DNA of 64,000 bases, taken from contig OZ024745.1 of NCBI GenBank assembly GCA_964016885.1, positions 133,176,001-133,240,000 on the forward strand. The letters are read 5' to 3'. Each line of letters starts with the position of its first letter. Position 1 is the stretch's first letter. The translations under genes were made by a program, and so were the position numbers. This document shows, one piece after another, positions 27,434 to 40,063 of this stretch. This stretch comes from Eledone cirrhosa (Eukaryota). The notes beneath the pieces were generated by a model. That model had not been told where the DNA came from and did not search any database. It worked only from the letters and a program-made list of their open reading frames with translations.

Positions 27434-27478
27434 ACTTACGATCGTTTCATCCAAGCACAAGGTCAATATCATCGGAGT
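27434..27478 (-). ncRNA. Type I hammerhead, CCGAUGA variant
   Basis: Minus strand: ACT-CCGATGA-tattgaccttgtgcttggat-GAAAC-GATC-GTA^AGT. Palindromic ACGATCGT; stem II is eroded. Confidence 0.55.
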
Positions 27479-28487
27479 ATATAACAAAGGTCAAAACACA
27501 AATATAATATCAGAACTTTGACACAAGAACATTAGGAGGATACATAATATTCGACGTTAGATAAGCATAAGTATCAACATTTATATAAGATAACAGAGGT
27601 GGAAGAAGCATATGAAGAATAACAGCATATAAATACAATAAAAATTAGGAGCAGGTAAAAATTAAGAATTAAAAAATTATAAAACATACAGCTACAAAAA
27701 AGTTAAGTACAGTGAAAATCACATATCAGAAGTAGTTTAAAATTGCTTTTAAGTTAATAAGAGAAGACATGTAATTCAAATATAAATTTTGAAATACATC
27801 TCTAAAAAATATTTTCAATAATGCATTTAAAAAGTTCGACTATGTAATTCAGTCATAATAATTATTATTTTTCAAACTGTCCAAAATGAGTTGGGTAAAT
27901 AGAATCATCAAAGGCACATCATCAAATATAGATTGAAATGTTATCAAGACACATCATCCAAAAGTACGACATAGTTGAATAGAGGAGACAAGTCATATAT
28001 CATTAAAAGTACAAAACATCCATCTTAGCATGGATTTTTAAAACATTTTCCTTGAGAAATGGTTAAAACAAAATGAAATAAAATAAAATAAAAGTAAAAA
28101 TAAGTGGAGTAATTCATGTAAGATATTCTACATATTATATAGTTACTATATATTTAATAAGGAAAAATAGAAAGATTTTGTATGTAAAGATGTATTGACT
28201 TAAACATCTTTTAGGGCTAATGACTATAGAATTAAAGAATTCAAAAACATAAGTTTACAAAATACAGATAGAAAAATAATCTATGTATACTAAAAGTGCT
28301 ATGTATTATTAAAAAACTAATTATAAATAATTAAAATGTTAAGCAATATTAAAAGATAAAGAAGTATACTAGTTAATTATACAAGTATTGAAAAGTTACT
28401 ACTAAATAAAAATAAAGGGTGAGGCAATGTTTGTTATATATAATATTAGCAAACGTAAATATAAGTGGGGCTTGTTTGGAAACAATG

Positions 28488-28678
28488 TAATAATTGTTTC
28501 TACTTTGCGCACAAAGCCAGCAATTACCCAGTGCATTACTGCTACTTTATTTATCGACCCGCAAGGATGAAAGACAAAGTTAACCTCGGCGGGATTTGAA
28601 CTGAGAATAGCAAAGGCCGTAACTCTATGCGTCAAAGCATGGCGTCCGACCCTCTACCGATACTGCCAATCCACCACC
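28488..28678 (-). mobile_element. tRNA-derived SINE (near full length)
   Basis: Reverse complement of the same SINE: head GGTGGATTGGCAGTATCGGTAGAGGGTCGGACG, B-box AGTTCAAATCCCGCCG, core and tail. Confidence 0.85.
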
Positions 28679-28979
28679 AAAACACTGATCCTGTTCACCA
28701 TATGATGATGGGCGACTGGTGAGTGACTATAAACCAAATAGCTAGTACTATTAGCACATCGCGTGAGAAATTTCAGAATATTCTGCAGAATGAACCTGGC
28801 AGGATAAAGATTTTTGCTAAGTGGGTGGAACGACTTGAACAAGAGCGCCCCAGGCTAATAATATCAAGCAAAAATCTGACATCGTTTGATCCAGCTGGTT
28901 CTCTTGATCAACTGGCCAGTTGACTATAGGTCCGATTAGATAACAGTAGCGACCTTACCTTGAACTATAAACATTATAC

Positions 28980-29083
28980 TCTTTCTGATGAAGTGCAATA
29001 TTTTACCTAATGCTTGCGATTAAGCATAGGACTATGTAGTTAGCGCCTGTAGACTGATGTTGTACAGAAACATATGTTAAGGA
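28980..29083 (+). ncRNA. Type I hammerhead ribozyme with long branched stem II
   Basis: TCTTT-CTGATGA-A-GTGCAA...(ATGCTT/AAGCAT hairpin)...TTGTAC-A-GAAAC-ATAT-GTT^AAGGA. Palindromic ACATATGT. Confidence 0.7.
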
Positions 29084-29359
29084 ACGAACTCTAAATAATG
29101 TCTTCTCTACTAACCTTTACTTCTTGCCTAGTCATTTGTTTTTCCTGGTGCTATACCTTTACTATTATAATTACTCCGTGATCTCCCTGGATACTGTACC
29201 TGAAACTCCCTAATTGGACTGTTATCGTACCTCCTGCAACGAACACGTCGAGAAAAATACTTTGGTAAGCAATCTTCAATATTTTTTTTTTGTACATTTG
29301 ATTCACACAAAGAAACTTTAACCTGACATCTCTTCGTGTGTGTATGTATCTATATAAAT

Positions 29360-29436
<77 letters not shown>

Positions 29437-30174
29437 TATCTGTATCTTTGTATGTTTATGTGTAGAATGGGAGATGGAAACATGCCATTTTATGAATTCT
29501 AATTAAAAGGCATTTAAATGTCATTTCATTGAGAACGTCATTCTGCTGAGGTCTTGAATGTAAAAAGCCGTGAAGAATATTTCGTTCTAATTATATATTT
29601 CAGTGATTTGTCTCCTGGCGATCAGGAAGGACCATGAAATGCGTTAGAATAAAACGTATTAAAGATATTTATACAATAATAGCTGTCACCGGAGGTGGTC
29701 TCGATTCCCTAAACTGCATACATTAAATTCAACATTCATATAACACCGAATCACGCATCAATAATTTGGTTAAAGTATGCACAATGATATCAATTCATGT
29801 TTCCCTGCACAAGAAATAAGCTACTTCTACGCATATAATATTGTACGGAAGCAATATCAGATAATTAACACTAATACAATATACGAGATGTAGGGTAAAC
29901 ACGACTTTCATTTTATGTGTATCATACGCATCATATGTGAAAGAAATTCTTTAATTTAATTTTGGAAACATTGCATTTATTAAGGAAAGCTAAACACTGA
30001 AATGGATGTTCATTTAGGGCGAAACAATGCCAACACACCTCAGGTAAATATCGCCATGCATACACCGATCTCCGCGCTTCAGTTACATCAAGCTATGGAC
30101 AACATAATATTCAGAGAAAGCGTCGAACCTAGGCTACGTATCTGATTGTTATTTTATATGAATTGTAATTACTA

Positions 30175-30634
30175 CTAGACCATTCGTGGCACGTTGGGTC
30201 ACGTTCGCTTAAAAAATAATTTTTAAATATTTAACATATACACCCACACAGAAACTCTTTCTAATTAACTGGATACTTCTAATTAACTGGATGCTGTATT
30301 CGTCACCGGTTATAATTTCATTCAACAACACTACCACCTTTCTCTCTCTCTCTATTCCATTGTTCTTCTGTCTCCTCTCCCTCTCTCTATGTCTCTCTTT
30401 CAATCTACTCTCTCACAAACATTATCTCTTTCTCGGTATCCTTCTCTCTCTCTCTCTCTATGTATGAAGGTAACCTGAAAAACCCCGTATCTCGGGAACC
30501 CGTGCACCGATTTACGCGAATTTTATTCAATTTGTATTCGCATTTCAGGGTCAACTTCCTTTCACGGTGTTTTCCCATTACCCGCCCTTTTGACATTACA
30601 AGCAAGCAATCGCAGAATTTTAGTAGTATATAGA
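30175..30634 (-). mobile_element. Non-autonomous Helitron (460 bp)
   Basis: Minus strand A|TCTATATACTACTAAAA...CGTGACCCAACGTGCCACG-aatggt-CTAG|T: AT insertion site, TC/CTAG ends and subterminal hairpin. Confidence 0.8.
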
Positions 30635-30802
30635 TTACTTAATAACCTGACCAAAAATTACAGCATACATTTACCAATATATGATATATATATATATACG
30701 TGGATATACAGTTAGAACACCGATATGGAGCTCACTGTTACGTTCATACTGAAACACAGATATTAAATATATATGATTCTATTCTTATTATATCTACTTT
30801 AA

Positions 30803-31028
30803 ACCTTTTGTTATCAACCCAACCAAAATCGACTGTGGATCTATGAAATAATTTCATTTTAAAGGATTCCAATTTAAATTATAATCATCTACCAACATAA
30901 TTTTATATTAGAACCTTAATTTACTATCTTAGTAACGAAATTATGAGTATTTATAGTAAATTCCTCGCCATTCATCATTAAGTAATTAAAATAGAGTGTA
31001 TATCATTAGAAATTCGGTCATGAAAGGG
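30803..31028. mobile_element. piggyBac-like MITE (degenerate)
   Basis: TTAA|ACCTTTTGTTATC ... GGTCATGAAAGGG|TTAA: TTAA on both sides and imperfect CCCTTT/AAAGGG TIRs. Confidence 0.5.
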
Positions 31029-31757
31029 TTAAACCTTTCTGAAACATGAAACAACATATGTGAATCATAACGTACCAAGACATCTCAGAAGAAGAGGGAG
31101 AGTAGCATGGTATTCGGTTGTAGTTTGGTGATCATTCGGAATTACTATAATAGTGAACGGAATAAAAATAAACGTAATAATAGATAAAATATAAAAGATA
31201 ATATGGTATACTATATTTGGAATATGTCAGGTAAGCGTAGTTTCATATTAAAATGTCAAGTTCACAAAGAAGATTCTAGAACTATTTAGAGGTTATTCAC
31301 TACTTATTATTTTGTAACTAATTTATCCAATCTACAGGAAAACTTTATTCTTTAGCGTACCTCTCTATTTATATTATGGTTCCCAGTTTAGCTTCTTCGG
31401 AATTATATTATAATAGCCACCGTCATGCTGAGTGCATGGTGTGTGTGTGTACTGCTGAGTGCATGGTGTGTGTGTGTGTGTGTGTGTGTATACTGCTGAG
31501 TGCATGTATGTGTCGGGATACATTTGCTTGGAGCGTAATTATTTATTTCATTTCTGTCGCATGCTGTAGGTGTGATTTCTATATTAAGACTTTGAAAACA
31601 TTTAAATTGAAAATTCAGCAAACGCTACAGAAACGATATATACTGTTATCAACAATTTTGTAATGGCAAAGACATGAATGTTGATAAAATGTAAATACAT
31701 CATCCGATACACACACACACACAAACAGACACACGCACACACACATACACACACACG

Positions 31758-31857
<100 letters not shown>

Positions 31858-31887
31858 TAGATATAAATATATATAAATATATATAAT

Positions 31888-32012
31888 GTATATATTGTTA
31901 TACTTGGGGATAGTCATATTTGTGTAATATTTGTGTAATATTGCCAGAATTAATAACAGAACACACTCACTGTTTGGTTGGTTTTCGCTTTTCGCTTCTG
32001 TGTCTTTTATAT
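31888..32012 (+). repeat. Dispersed repeat (reverse copy at about 47475-47590)
   Basis: gtatatattgttatacttggga...aatattgccagaa..aataa...cacactcactgtttggtt..gttttcgcttctgt. Both copies abut (TA)n/(CA)n. Confidence 0.75.
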
Positions 32013-32110
32013 CGGTAATCTAATTTATTCGGTCCTCAATGTTGCCATTGACTGACCAACGGTCAAAAATAATACAGATATAATATACAGACAAACACAT
32101 ATATATATAT

Positions 32111-33250
32111 AGTTTATCAAAGTTCTTTCGTTGCACATCTGCAACATCGTCAATGGTGCTATTGTTTCCTCCCGTTGCATTGTATTTTCTACGCCATCTT
32201 TATTTAGTCTGTTTATATATTTATTTATTTGTTTATTTTATTTTGTCTTCTTTGCGCATGCGTTTGCGTGTGTGTATAGTGTTTTGTTTGGTGTGTGTTC
32301 GTGATTGGGTGACTGTGTATCGGTTAATGTATTCTATCTTTACTAGTATGTGTTTATGTGTTTGTTGTTATTGTGCTTCTGTATGTATTTATTTATTTAT
32401 TTATCTATTTATTTATTTATACTTCTCTTAGGTCAGTGTTGTTTGTTTGGGTGTTGTTGTTATTCCATTCATTTTTTCTGTTTAGCCTTGGCCTTCTAAG
32501 TTCTATTTCACTGGCCTCTCTGATTTGCCTATCTTCTGGGTCATTTCTATGTTTAGATATTATTCTAATTTCTATGTTGTCTATGTTAATCGTCGTATTG
32601 TTATCTGGCATGTTCGTATAGTACTGAACCGTTTTTTCGATCTTTTAGTTCCCCCAGTGTTGGTCTATCCTTTCACCTATGTCACGAGCTGTCTCGCCTA
32701 TGTATGTTGTTGTCATGTTTCTGCAAGTACCCTCTGTACATCTTATGCTATAGACTACGTTTCTAGTTTTACAGTTTATCTGGGGGTTTACCTTACATAT
32801 GATACATTTCCTATTAGTACAGTGGGTTTTCTTAAAAGGCTAGGTTTTTCTGATCAGGGATTTTATGGTGGTTCCTGGCTTTTCTACCACCTTAATCTTT
32901 AAGTGGGTCTTTCTCAGGGCCTTTCTACACTGGTTAGCTAATTTCCCTCCAGGGGTAGCGTCCACAAACATGACACTCTGGTATCTCTGGTTGTCGTACC
33001 ATGAGGTGGCTTTCCCTATCTTATGTCTAGCCCTATCAAAGCTATTCCATGATTTGCTCCTGTATAATGGGCAAATTCCTTTCATGTACAGTTCTATGAG
33101 GGTCTTATACTTCTCCGTGGCTCCTTCGTATACTCTGACTCTGTCTCTATGGTTGTAGCCAGAGAACTGCATGCGGTTGATGAAGTGTTGGATGTATCTT
33201 TCCATTTATGGTGGGTCGCACATGCGGGGCACATTCTTCATCACTCTGTC
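32111..33250 (-). mobile_element. Penelope-like retroelement 3' half (RT thumb, Cys linker, GIY-YIG endonuclease, UTR/HHR), pseudogenised
   Basis: RMQFSGY...PLYRSKSW...SVMFVDATPGGKLA...KVVEKPGTTIK; after a stop, C..RKC.IC...NCKTRNVVYSIRC....C...TYIGETARDIGERIDQH; then RQIREASEI....PRLNRKNEW. Confidence 0.85.
32117..32156 (-). ncRNA. Degenerate HHR at the 3' end of the PLE
   Basis: Minus strand: TTGACGA-T-GTTGCA-gatg-TGCAAC-GAAAG-aa-CTT^TGA. Stem II is perfect; the core has a C3U change. Confidence 0.5.
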
Positions 33251-33364
33251 TCGTCATCTATTTGTTGTGGTATGCAAACTCTTTTATTAAAGAGTAACCT
33301 CGTAGGATAGATATTACCCATCTTATATGTTTTGTCAGCTGGGTTGAAGAATAGTTTCTCTAAG

Positions 33365-33740
33365 GTGTTGTCATTATATCTATCGTCATAGTTGTGTGTT
33401 TGCTATTATTGTTATTATGGTGGTTGTTGTTGTTCCTATCATTAGCATTATTATTATTGTTATGATTGCTAAATGTATTGTTGCTGTGATTGTTGTTTTC
33501 TTCACCGTTATTGTTGTTGTTACTGTTATTTCTACCATTGTGGTTGTTACTTTTATTATGTTTCTTGTTTTTGTTGTGTCTATCATTAATGTTGCTACAT
33601 GTATTATTTCCATTATTACCACTGTGGTTCTGGTTGTTGTTATTCGTATTGTTGCCGTTATTACTACTGTGGTCGCTGTTGCTGTGTCTGTGGTTAATGT
33701 TTCTATTATTATTATTATCATTGTGGTTGTTGTTGTTGTA
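33365..33740. repeat. Degenerate (TTG/TTA)n trinucleotide array followed by ~310 bp of (TA)n
   Basis: Direct inspection. It generates the poly-N/I/V ORFs. Confidence 0.9.
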
Positions 33741-33776
33741 AATATATATAAATATATATAAATATATATATATATA

Positions 33777-33844
<68 letters not shown>

Positions 33845-33924
33845 TGTATATATATATGTATATATATATATATATGTATATGAATGTATATATATATGTA
33901 TATATATATATATATGCATATATG

Positions 33925-34028
<104 letters not shown>

Positions 34029-35685
34029 CATATATATATATATATATATATATGGAGGAGGAGGAGTCAGTGTGTTTTAAGGTACGTTCCAGTTCGTATA
34101 CTAATCAAAAACTGGTTACGATCGGTGACATATCTCATAGTATGTAAATAATCTCATACAGCAATGCTTATGCACACATTACACACAGACATTCCACACA
34201 CACACCCATATATGCAGACATACACTAATACACACACACACGCACACACCCATAAACGCACACATACACTAACACACACGCACACACACGCACGCGCACA
34301 CACACACACACACATATATACATAAAGAGGGAATACATATATATATGCACATACATACGTACATGCATGATACATGTATATGTGTAGGTGCGTGTGTGTG
34401 TGTACGATGCGCTGTAAAAGCATTGATATCGTCATTTACATTAACTTGAAAGCAGGATGTTCACAGATTATTCTTGGACTGATTAAATGTATTGTACTCC
34501 CATTTTAATACAATAGCGAGTTAACAGTCAAAAATAGCGCGCTTTATTTTAATTCAAACAGGAAAATGAATAAAAGTATTGTATCTAGTATTGACTATGC
34601 ATTGGTGACTGTGATATTCATAATATATAGTAGACCAGCAAATGTGCTTGCAATTGTTTTATAATAACATGTCTGTAAATCGATAAATGCCGTGACAACT
34701 TCAAGATGTTCTCTTCAAAACTTTCAATTCGGATTAAAATCAGCGAAACAGCAATACCATTTCCTTAATTCTGTTGAGTTTTAATAGCTTTGTGATCTAA
34801 CATAGATCTCTCAAAGATACCACTTCGACATTACTGTAACGATCTTGTTATAGTATATTGTTTCAATAAATGTATCTAGGTTGTTTTACGAGAAGACTTC
34901 TCAAATTTCAAATCATGATTTTTAGTTACTGGATTGCAGATTCGTATAACATCGACTAGAGTGCGCAAGTTTGCATTATTATATAAAATAATTTCCTATT
35001 TCGCCCATACATACGTCTAATAGATGAGAAGATTAAAAGGTGATTGTTACCGCCATCTAATTTACGTTAGAGTATATCTACATTGCAGCTGGTTTGTAAC
35101 CAAGAGAGTTGACTAATAGATCATTCCGCACTCTATTACAGAACGGAAATGAGCTTTATTTAAAGACATATAATTTAAGAAAAAACGTAATATTCCCCCT
35201 GGGTTGTTGACATATATATGTGAGTGGGTGTACGTGTGTGCGTATGTGTGGGTGTTTCTGTGCATATCAGGTGACTAATAGCAAAGATGAAATTAAATGA
35301 CAACATACCTTACAGGTATAGACAAATAGACAAAAGTGGATGACAAAAACCTACTCAAGATTTTATAAAATATGTAGGATTATTTCAGAAATCGTTTCAT
35401 TCCTTTTTTAGTATTTATACCAAGTTAAATATAGTCAGACTGATTTTTAACCAGTTCTACTGATTATATTCAATCTTTGTTTTGCCGATCACATATAATT
35501 ATTGAACACGAAATATTATCAACACAACTACTTTTGCTTTAGTGATATATATATATATAAATATGTACATATATATACATATATATATATATGTGTGTGT
35601 GTGTATGTGTGTGTGTGTATAAATATGTGTGTGTGTTTATGTATATATATATTTAAAAAATAGAGGTGTGACACACGAGTTGTGA

Positions 35686-35935
35686 TATATTAGTGAAAAG
35701 GAAAAGAAAATGCTGACAAATTTTTCCCAGTGAAAAATAGTTTAATTAGGAATAAGTATAAGTTAGTAATAAGTATTAGTTAGTATTCAGTTTTAGTTTT
35801 TAGTTTTTACCGGTTGCGCATTTCTAATGCTTTTCAAAAATAATTTTTAGAGCGCTTATTACTAATTTATACTTATTCCTAATTAAACTATTTTTTCACT
35901 AGGAAAAATTTGTCAGCATTTTCTTTTCCATTTTA

Positions 35936-35944
<9 letters not shown>
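35686..35944. repeat. ~87-bp-arm inverted repeat
   Basis: atatattagtgaaaaggaaaagaaaatgctgacaaatttttcc...agtaataag versus cttattact...ggaaaaatttgtcagcattttcttttccattttactaatatat. Confidence 0.85.
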
Positions 35945-36012
<68 letters not shown>

Positions 36013-36015
36013 CTA

Positions 36016-36270
36016 GGGCGGGTAAAATTCCCGAGATCCATGAACGAGTTCTCTCCAGCGGTCTCTGTCCTTCATTATCGCTGCCATGTCCTGCGTCTCC
36101 AACAAACCAGTGTCTGTCCTTAGGGCATCAACATACGTTAATCTTGGTCTTCCTCCTTGGCTTTCCTATAGCACCGGCTCAGAGCAGGAGAGTTAAGGCG
36201 AAAATTATATCAGATGCTGAATTTGCCGACGACATAGTTTTGGTGACATATACAGTAAAGGAAGCAGAGG

Positions 36271-36272
<2 letters not shown>
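36016..36272 (-). mobile_element. 5'-inverted, truncated RTE LINE insertion in (TA)n
   Basis: 36016-36157 is the RTE 3' end (as at 57602-57745, minus). 36158-36272 is an inverted RT segment, GFPIAPAQSRRVKAKIISDAEFADDIVL. Confidence 0.8.
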
Positions 36273-36324
<52 letters not shown>

Positions 36325-36567
36325 AACAAGTTAAAAAGCAAGTAAGCTAATCTGGAGGAGAGAATGGTGATTAGTTATGCAGATTACTAGCCAGTAGAAA
36401 GAAAGTTAGTGTGATCAATACATATAGGTTGTTATTGATGCGACCCTTGCGAGTAGATGCTATAATGTTTTTTCACTTCCAACCTTTTAATATGAGTATT
36501 CCTCATTTAAAGTAGGTCTTTCACTTCGATGATATGATATGATATATATATATATATATATATATAT

Positions 36568-36626
36568 AGGAACCAGTAAGACCCCGACAGCTGAGCTCAA
36601 GCCGTTTCGACGGCTAATTCTGGACT
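36568..36626 (-). mobile_element. 'GAGCTC-loop' family fragment
   Basis: gaccccgacagctgagctcaagccgtttcgacggctaattctggac between TA runs. Confidence 0.8.
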
Positions 36627-37089
36627 ATATATATAATAATAATAAAGTATGTGTTCCTACGTGTAAAGAATACATATAGGGATACAAGTATTATCCAACC
36701 GTATGCGAATGTGGTTCTATGGCGGGTTAATAAATTAACAAGCCAGAACATATAAAATCCAGGTCTAGCAAATAGAGAAAAAGTAAAGGCACATATAGTA
36801 AGTACAGCGAAGTTTTTAAAATTTATTTTAAAATTTTTTCTCTATTTGCTAGACCTGGATTTTATATATATATATATATATAATATTTGAAATGCTGGAG
36901 AGAACAACAAAGATTTGAGAATACATATATGTATATATTTAATGTCTGACAAGTTGACACAAATACTGCACAGTAAGAATGGACATAGATGTTGAAATAT
37001 TGAATATAAATCGATATTAGTCCATTAAAAATTGATAAATCAGTGTGTCAATATTATACTGAGAGCCTAAAACAAATTCTTTATATATA

Positions 37090-37160
<71 letters not shown>

Positions 37161-37206
37161 GTAGAACACTGGAAGGTAATATCCGTAGTGGTACGAGTTA
37201 GGTAGA

Positions 37207-37377
37207 AGTGGTTACACACCAGTTAGTTCACCATACCGAGAACACTTGTTTCACCTTAGCGAATCCTCAGCTCGTAATGGACATGGTTATACGGAATCAT
37301 GTTCATTACAAGCTGAGGATCCGCTAAGGTGAAACAATTGTTCTCGGTATGGTGAACTAACTGTTGTGAAACAACTT
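37207..37377. ncRNA. Fold-back with an HHR on each strand (37237-37274 minus; 37309-37346 plus)
   Basis: Minus: CGAG-CTGAGGA-ttcgctaaggt-GAAAC-AAGT-GTT^CTCG. Plus: CAAG-CTGAGGA-tCCgctaaGGt-GAAAC-AATT-GTT^CTCG. Confidence 0.7.
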
Positions 37378-37444
37378 ATATATATATATATATAAAACAC
37401 GTGTCAATAAATTCCTTTCAACTAAACTGTATCCATTCAAATCT

Positions 37445-37491
<47 letters not shown>

Positions 37492-37772
37492 CATATCGGT
37501 ATTAAAGGTCCAAATTAATTGCGACCATTGGTGGTATGCCGAATGACCACTCAATGCTCGCGAATAAAATCTACATGTTTACACATACCTGAGGAGCTTC
37601 CGTTTACAGAGTAAAGTTCGATCATTAATTGATCTTTCCCCGATCCGATCGACAGTGAAACATACGTAATATGCAATGAAATATGTATATGATACAACAC
37701 TGATTATTTGTTCCATTAAATATTACTATATATATATATGAGAAAAATCACAAACCCTCCATGTCAATCCGA

Positions 37773-37809
37773 CCTTTGAAAAGCACAAGAAGTGCGAAAC
37801 AGGTAAAGG
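37773..37809 (+). ncRNA. Decayed minimal hammerhead
   Basis: CCTT-TGAAAA-GCAC-aagaa-GTGC-GAAAC-ag-GTA^AAGG. Stems I and II are intact but the core is mutated. Confidence 0.45.
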
Positions 37810-37925
37810 AACCAAATAAATTTTTTTTTTTTTTTCAAATCTCCAGTTGCATTTTCGATTTCATCTTTTTCCTTGTACTTTCACTCGTGTAGGACACCTC
37901 ATTTTTTTTGTAAAAAAAACCTAAC

Positions 37926-38279
<354 letters not shown>

Positions 38280-38557
38280 ATAAGTATATATTGAGTTAGA
38301 AACTCAAAATAGTCCCCTACAATTAAATAGCTCAAGGAAAAAAAGTTTTCCGGCCCTGTAATATAATTGAATATAAAAGAAAGATAAACACAGATATATA
38401 GATATATGTGTTCAAATTGTAAGGGACCAGATTCGCTAGGGGGAAATAATCCACTGACGAGCAATTGAATTGGTAATTCCCGTTCACTTATACATTTTTG
38501 GGGGGTTATTACTGAATTTTACTAAGCTTTATATCATCATTATTTCGAAAAGCAATA

Positions 38558-39630
38558 ATGGCAAACACGTACCTTACCCAAGAAATTAAAAGGCATGTTG
38601 TAATTGTGGCTTTAAAGGCGATTTAGAGATATCTTGATTTTTATACGTTGCCAGATCTTTCATCTACAAAGTAAGTAGTTAGAAATGATGGAGACCTATC
38701 ACCAGTATCAGAACCCAAAAAGCATTCCACACGCTCTGACATTATCAGAAAATGTGAATATATCCATCAAGTTCAGCAGATCATTGTTGACAATCCCTGA
38801 AATCTATGAAGTCACTTGCAAAAAATGTCAAAGTCTCAGAAGGAACAATCAAAATTGTTGTACACGAAAACATGTAAATCGTGTCAGAAAAAATTAAAAA
38901 ATCGCTTAATCAGATCTAAAAAGCACTGAAACAGAAGATGATGTGATTTGGTTTTTCTCTGACGAGAATAACTTTGATCAAGATCAGAAATTTAACAAAA
39001 GAAATGACATATAGTTATGTGCAGAAGCGTCGGACGTTCCAATAATTATACACAGAAAATTTCCTGCAACTCTCATTTTGTGGTTGTCAACAATGAAGGA
39101 CATGTTATGCCACCTCACCTCTTTCCACAAACCTTAGAATTAGCTTTGCAGCCTACATTGAGGTCCTGGAAACAGTTATTAATCCTTGAATATACAGTGT
39201 ATGTAATGGAATACCCTATGTGTTTCAGCAAGAAACTGCACCATCACACAAGGCTTATGTAACGTAGGATTTTCATGATCAAATAACTCCTATCATTTGG
39301 CCTCCTAACTCCACAAATCTCAAACCATTGGACTACTACGTGTGGAGTTTTGTTGAGGAAGAGGTCAATGAACACCTCCATAACACCAAAGATTCTTTGA
39401 AAGCCGACATAGTCAGAGTAATGTCCAATATGAACCAGGACCATTTAATTCGAGCATGTAGACGATTTTGATCTCGTTTAGAAGCAGTTACTGAAGCTGA
39501 AGGTGGCTTATTGACAGATTATAAAGGAGGTAGTTTATTTTTATGATTATCCCATTTTTCAATAATTATCTGTTACTATATGTTTGTCTATAAACATAAA
39601 TAAGTCCTGAAATTCCTTGCGCAGCCTGTA
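38558..39630 (+). mobile_element. Tc1/mariner-superfamily (maT/DD37D-like) transposase fossil with 3' TIR
   Basis: WFFSDE.NFDQDQK.N.RND; NEGHVMPPH.FP; YVFQQETAPSHKA; WPPNSTNLKPLDYYVW; ACRRF*SRLEAV.EAEGG. Ends gcgcagcctg|TA. Many stops and frameshifts; the left TIR was not found. Confidence 0.85.
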
Positions 39631-39680
39631 TATATGTATATATGTATATATGTGTGTGTGCATACACATACACACACACG

Positions 39681-39714
<34 letters not shown>

Positions 39715-39957
39715 GGGGTAACAGATTATATTTATAGGTAGTCCACTTAAGTGTAGTCCAGTTATGGTACTCCGAGTAGTGGATGATATCAACGCTTGGC
39801 TAAGTTTGACTCAACTATATTCCTCACCTAGATTGATGTTGTGATTATTTCAAATAATTTATTGCTAGCATTGTTAGTATTGTTGTTATTGTTATGATTG
39901 AATGCCATTACTACTATATATAGTAGCGATGCCTGTATATTCCTTTCATTCTCACAA

Positions 39958-40063
39958 GCTCCGATGAATTGACTGGTTACAACTACGTATAGGTGATCGA
40001 TTGACGTGAAAACAAGCGGGTAGCGATCTCTAGACCTACCAGTTCAGAGAAACAATTGTCAGC
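39958..40063 (+). ncRNA. Type I hammerhead, CCGAUGA variant with long stem II
   Basis: GCT-CCGATGA-at-TGA-CTGGT...ACCAG-t-TCA-ga-GAAAC-AATT-GTC^AGC. The downstream ~55 nt matches the reverse copy at 11408-11465. Confidence 0.65.

Noticed and set aside
28620-28678. tRNA gene-like A/B boxes in SINE heads
   Set aside because: No cloverleaf; they are part of the multi-copy SINE.
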